Shown: in pieces, positions 60,561 to 64,000 of the stretch | Numbering within the stretch: position 1 is the first letter of the stretch | Layout of the letters: every line of letters starts with the position of its first letter | Assembly (NCBI GenBank): GCA_004764695.1 | Contig: SMSO01000008.1 | Span: forward strand, 744,001-808,000 | DNA from: Schizochytrium sp. TIO01 | Taxonomy: Eukaryota; Protista; Bigyra: Labyrinthulomycetes | Length of the DNA stretch: 64,000 nucleotides | Reading direction: 5' to 3' | Translations under genes and position numbers: made by a program | Notes under the pieces: model-generated | What the model saw: the letters and a program-made list of their open reading frames with translations, nothing else | Database searches by the model: none | Told to the model about the DNA's origin: nothing

Positions 60561-62282
60561 TCAAATCGCAGCAATTACTTCTTTTTTTATAGCATCGAAT
60601 TCGGCCTGTGTGATCTCGCCCTTGTCGAGCTGCTCCCGAGCTTCCTTAAGTCGCTGCAGTGGTGGTTTTGTGCTGGTAGCGCTAGGCACTGGCGGTTGTG
60701 GCGCTGGTATCGATGATATGTCGGGTAAATCACTCAACGCGCGTTCCTGTTCCTGGGACGGCTGGGACAAGAAGCCAAATGAGGACCCAGGATTGGCCGG
60801 AAGTGATTGCTCCTCGTGCTGAGAAGATGATGCGTTGTTCAGAGATATTGAGGAGATAAGCAAATCCTGATTTTCATGTGATAGGTTGTTGCTAGCCTGG
60901 GAGGCTTGAACATCTTGAGTACCTAGGGAAGTTGCTACACTATGTTGTTGGTTGTGTTGCTCTTGGCCTTCGCAGGGAAAATCGAGCAAATTATCGTCCA
61001 TTTGACTTGTGCCTTTTGCACCGGGCAAATTTCCCGTGCCGAGGAGATCGTGTTCTTGATCCTGTTCGTCATAGGAGTTCTGCATTGCGTAGTCCCCAGA
61101 TAGCAAGAAGTCGTTTTGGTCTTCAAGGACAACATCATGATGGGCATGGCGGTTATTGTCTGGAGCTACAGAGGAAGTAGGTGGCGGGCTCGCACGAGAA
61201 CCAGGATGTTGCGGCTGTTGTTGAGAGGACATTGCCTCGGCAGCAAGAACTTCCTCACGAATGTCCTCTGGTAGAGCTGCAAGGAACTCCTCTCGTTCCT
61301 TCCGCTCTGCCTCAGACATTGGCTTAGGTAGTGATGGCGGCGGTGGTGGTGGCTGTTGTTGTTGTTGTTGTTGTACTACATTATGCTGCATATCATGTGC
61401 GTTTGAAGAAAATTCTGCATTAGGTTCCTGCGGCGCAGGCTCCTGAGCAAGGATCTCATTTCTAATGTCCTCTGGAAGAGCTGCTAGAAATTCTTCTCGC
61501 TCCTTCAGCTCGGCCTCACTCAGTTGTGGCTGTTGATGCATTCGCCTCGAATTAGCCCGAGTTTGACTCGGTTCTACTGGAATATCCAGCAAATCTCCAG
61601 GTTGACAGCCTGTAGGAACCATGACGGAGACTCTAGCTCCATTAGGCAGGACCACTGGAAAGGTGCCTCCTGGCATTGCGCCTTCTGGCACAGTGACTCT
61701 TATAACATTTGGTACGCTCGCCGAAGATCCTTGCGGCTGGGAACCGTTCACTCCAGAACTTACGTATGTAAATGTCATACCCGGTTCAAGCCCAGGGGGG
61801 ACTTGCACGCGTTCAACTCCAGCTTTTCCAGGAATTTGTACAGCTACGAATTGTCCTCCGAACACTCCATGGGGGACAGTGATTTGCACGCGCTGGGCCT
61901 CGGAGTGGCCGCTAAGCTCCTGCTGGAGCCTAAGAGCAAGCTTGCGATCTTCTTCTTCGATGATTCTGCGAGCTCGGATTTCTGCATATATCTCCTCTTC
62001 TTCGCGACGCTGTTGGTCCTCGAACGCTTCGTTATTCTGCAGTTGCTTCCGAAGAGCTTCTTCTGAAGCGGATTGTCCGCTTGCGACAACACGTAATGGC
62101 GAGACTCGCGGATTGGTGTGTTCGCCATAATGGGTGTCCTCGTACTCAACGCCATCCTCAGCATCTATGTTGTGCACGCCAAGAAGGCTCTGATTGAGCG
62201 GCATAGCGTCGAGGTTGCCGCTGTCCAAGCGACCTTCATTATCATGCCTCCGCAGCCCCACGGCCTGCCGCAGGCGGTCCAT
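60561..62282 (-). CDS. Multi-ubiquitin-binding adaptor-like protein with C-terminal SHOCT domain
   Basis: MIU-like EEEDRKLALRLQQE. Two V-x-VP-x-G beta-repeat domains. Two UBM-like EFLAALPEDIRxE motifs. SHOCT-like LDKGEITQAEFDAIKKEVI. First ATG at 62282. Confidence 0.85.
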   Translation of the reverse strand: MDRLRQAVGLRRHDNEGRLDSGNLDAMPLNQSLLGVHNIDAEDGVEYEDTHYGEHTNPRVSPLRVVASGQSASEEALRKQLQNNEAFEDQQRREEEEIYAEIRARRIIEEEDRKLALRLQQELSGHSEAQRVQITVPHGVFGGQFVAVQIPGKAGVERVQVPPGLEPGMTFTYVSSGVNGSQPQGSSASVPNVIRVTVPEGAMPGGTFPVVLPNGARVSVMVPTGCQPGDLLDIPVEPSQTRANSRRMHQQPQLSEAELKEREEFLAALPEDIRNEILAQEPAPQEPNAEFSSNAHDMQHNVVQQQQQQQPPPPPPSLPKPMSEAERKEREEFLAALPEDIREEVLAAEAMSSQQQPQHPGSRASPPPTSSVAPDNNRHAHHDVVLEDQNDFLLSGDYAMQNSYDEQDQEHDLLGTGNLPGAKGTSQMDDNLLDFPCEGQEQHNQQHSVATSLGTQDVQASQASNNLSHENQDLLISSISLNNASSSQHEEQSLPANPGSSFGFLSQPSQEQERALSDLPDISSIPAPQPPVPSATSTKPPLQRLKEAREQLDKGEITQAEFDAIKKEVIAAI

Positions 62283-63346
62283 CGTTGCAAGCTTGGCGGT
62301 GTGCGCGGGGAATCTAATGTGCAGTTTCCTCGAGGGGTGGAGTTTAGTTGGGGCGATGGTCCGTCTCTTCGGCAATCCAATTTGCTTTTCGTGTTGGATG
62401 AATTCTGAGAATTTGAGGATATTAGATTTTTTTGTTCTAGTTATTCTTTTCTTTTCCTACGATACACCGCACACCTTTTACTAATTATATCAAATAGGTC
62501 AAGCGAAACGAGCAAATGAATGTAGACTTGCAGACTTCTCCAGCTTTACGCTGACTAAACTGTTGCAGATACAGACACGTCATTGGGTTTAGGCAGTCAT
62601 GAGTCAGAGTTTGAAGCCTTTGTTTCTTCTCGCATCCACCGCGGAGGAGACAGTTCTCGGGAAAACTCATATCAACCAGGAGGGGGTAGATTAAAGTATT
62701 ACATTTTCCGAGAGATACTTATGATAAGGAATATTTATTGGTTTAGTCATTGATAAGATGAGTTTTGTGATTTATATACCCCATCAGAAGCAAGCTTTTT
62801 TTGGGAAAGGTAGATTTTAAAGCCAGAGGAATGAACAACACGGAGTCAGGAAGGAGAGAACAAGGATTTATTCATATTCAGAAAGGGAAAACTACTCTAG
62901 AGATGGGGCTGCACGCAAAACAACTTAATACAAGGAGTGGATCTAGGATTGGATGCCTCAGCGTACCCTTCATCACCCCGATCAAATTATAAGTAGGCAG
63001 TACCTAGTGGCATTCGCTTCTGAAGACACTCTTGAGAAAGAAAAAAATAGAGTACCCCAAAATTGCTGATTCATTAGATTTGTTATCGCAAATATTTAGA
63101 TAACATGCTTCTTGTGAAAAGAATACCTAGCTGGGAATTCCACCTGCATAGAAATAAATAAATCGTTTACGCCAGAAAATGAGAATATATGATTTACACA
63201 AGGGAGAAAAGGCCATAAGACTGAACTTTATGTTTGTTATAATGGATAGTGCTGTAAACAAATAGCCACTGATCTAATATCAATGTGGGTTGCGAGTAAG
63301 AGTACGTTGTGGTCATGACATGAACGGCTTTTAAGTCTAGTATGGC

Positions 63347-64000
63347 TTAGACCTTGAGGGTTTCCGCAGCGATATCAGAGTTGAGAAACTCAGACCATTC
63401 CTTGTCAAACTGGGCCTGTGCTTCGAGAACGGTGTCATGGTCAAGTGTAGAGCAGCGGAAGCTCGCACGGGCGAGGTGCTTAAGTTGTGCGAGGGTAAGG
63501 CCCCAAGCCTTGGCGACAAGTGCAAAATCGTAGGTGAGGTCATCGTAGCCAAAAGTAGCTGCATCATCACTGGAGATGGTGATTTTGATGCCCGCGTTGA
63601 GCATCATATGACCAGGGTGGTTACGAAGGTCATCCACATAGCCAAGGCACTGGTTCGACATGGGGCAGCACTCAATAGTGATGCCCTTCTCGCGTACAAT
63701 CCGCATAAGCGACGGGTGTTTAGGCAGTGCGTATCCGTGCCCAATTCGCTCAGAGCCGAGCGCAATAGCATCATAGAGCTGTTCCCCGTTGGGGTCGTTC
63801 GTCTCACCAGCGTGCAAAAGAAGACGTCCACCGCGGTCCTTGTAGTATGCGAGTGCCTCGTTGTAATCCGAAACAGGTCGCAAGGAGTCTTCGTGACCGA
63901 CAAGGTCGAAGCCGGCAATCCACCCAGGAAACTTAGTCTCGAGGCGGAGCGTAGTATCCACCATCTCTCGAACAGCCTCTGGTGAGAAAATCTTGAGACC
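63347..64000 (-). CDS. ADA2: Adenosine deaminase 2 / ADGF family, 3' part (5' end outside the window)
   Basis: GFDLVGHED, HAGET, RIGHG, IECCPMSNQ and ISSDD. The frame is open to the window edge. Confidence 0.92.
   Translation of the reverse strand, partial: GLKIFSPEAVREMVDTTLRLETKFPGWIAGFDLVGHEDSLRPVSDYNEALAYYKDRGGRLLLHAGETNDPNGEQLYDAIALGSERIGHGYALPKHPSLMRIVREKGITIECCPMSNQCLGYVDDLRNHPGHMMLNAGIKITISSDDAATFGYDDLTYDFALVAKAWGLTLAQLKHLARASFRCSTLDHDTVLEAQAQFDKEWSEFLNSDIAAETLKV

Noticed and set aside
59502-64000. TIR, ubiquitin adaptor and ADA2 as a functional defence cluster
   Set aside because: Eukaryotic genes on different strands with no shared regulatory evidence; proximity alone is insufficient.

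Overview
Eukaryotic nuclear DNA, most likely from a stramenopile protist such as a thraustochytrid. This is an inference from the intronless coding regions, apparent 5'-UTR introns, microsatellite-dense intergenic DNA, a WRKY19-like zinc-finger gene, a flagellar CFAP92-like gene and a TTAGG-type tract. There are about 14 coding regions: a WRKY19-like zinc-finger protein, mitochondrial F1-ATPase beta, a C2H2/ankyrin protein head-to-head with a degenerate glyoxalase II-like protein, a secreted alpha-carbonic anhydrase, PPOX, a possible ATRIP-like protein, PA200/PSME4, HtrA2, a TFxPxIN-repeat protein, CFAP92-like, a lone TIR domain, a multi-ubiquitin-binding SHOCT protein, and the 3' part of an ADA2/ADGF deaminase. 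The window has a gene-poor left half, including about 19 kb with no convincing CDS (16.6-36 kb), and a gene-dense right half. The most notable unexplained structures are: (1) a decayed multi-copy coding family with 5-6 fragments, including an inverted pair near 0.8-1.8 kb and a copy abutting the TIR ORF; (2) a glyoxalase II-like pseudoenzyme; (3) a PA200 lacking its C-terminal HbYX motif; (4) an orphan TATA/Inr promoter upstream of a Met/Asn minisatellite ORF; (5) an interstitial telomere-like tract in a divergent promoter. I found no tRNA, rRNA, CRISPR array or intact transposon. All alignments were made by eye and no searches were run.
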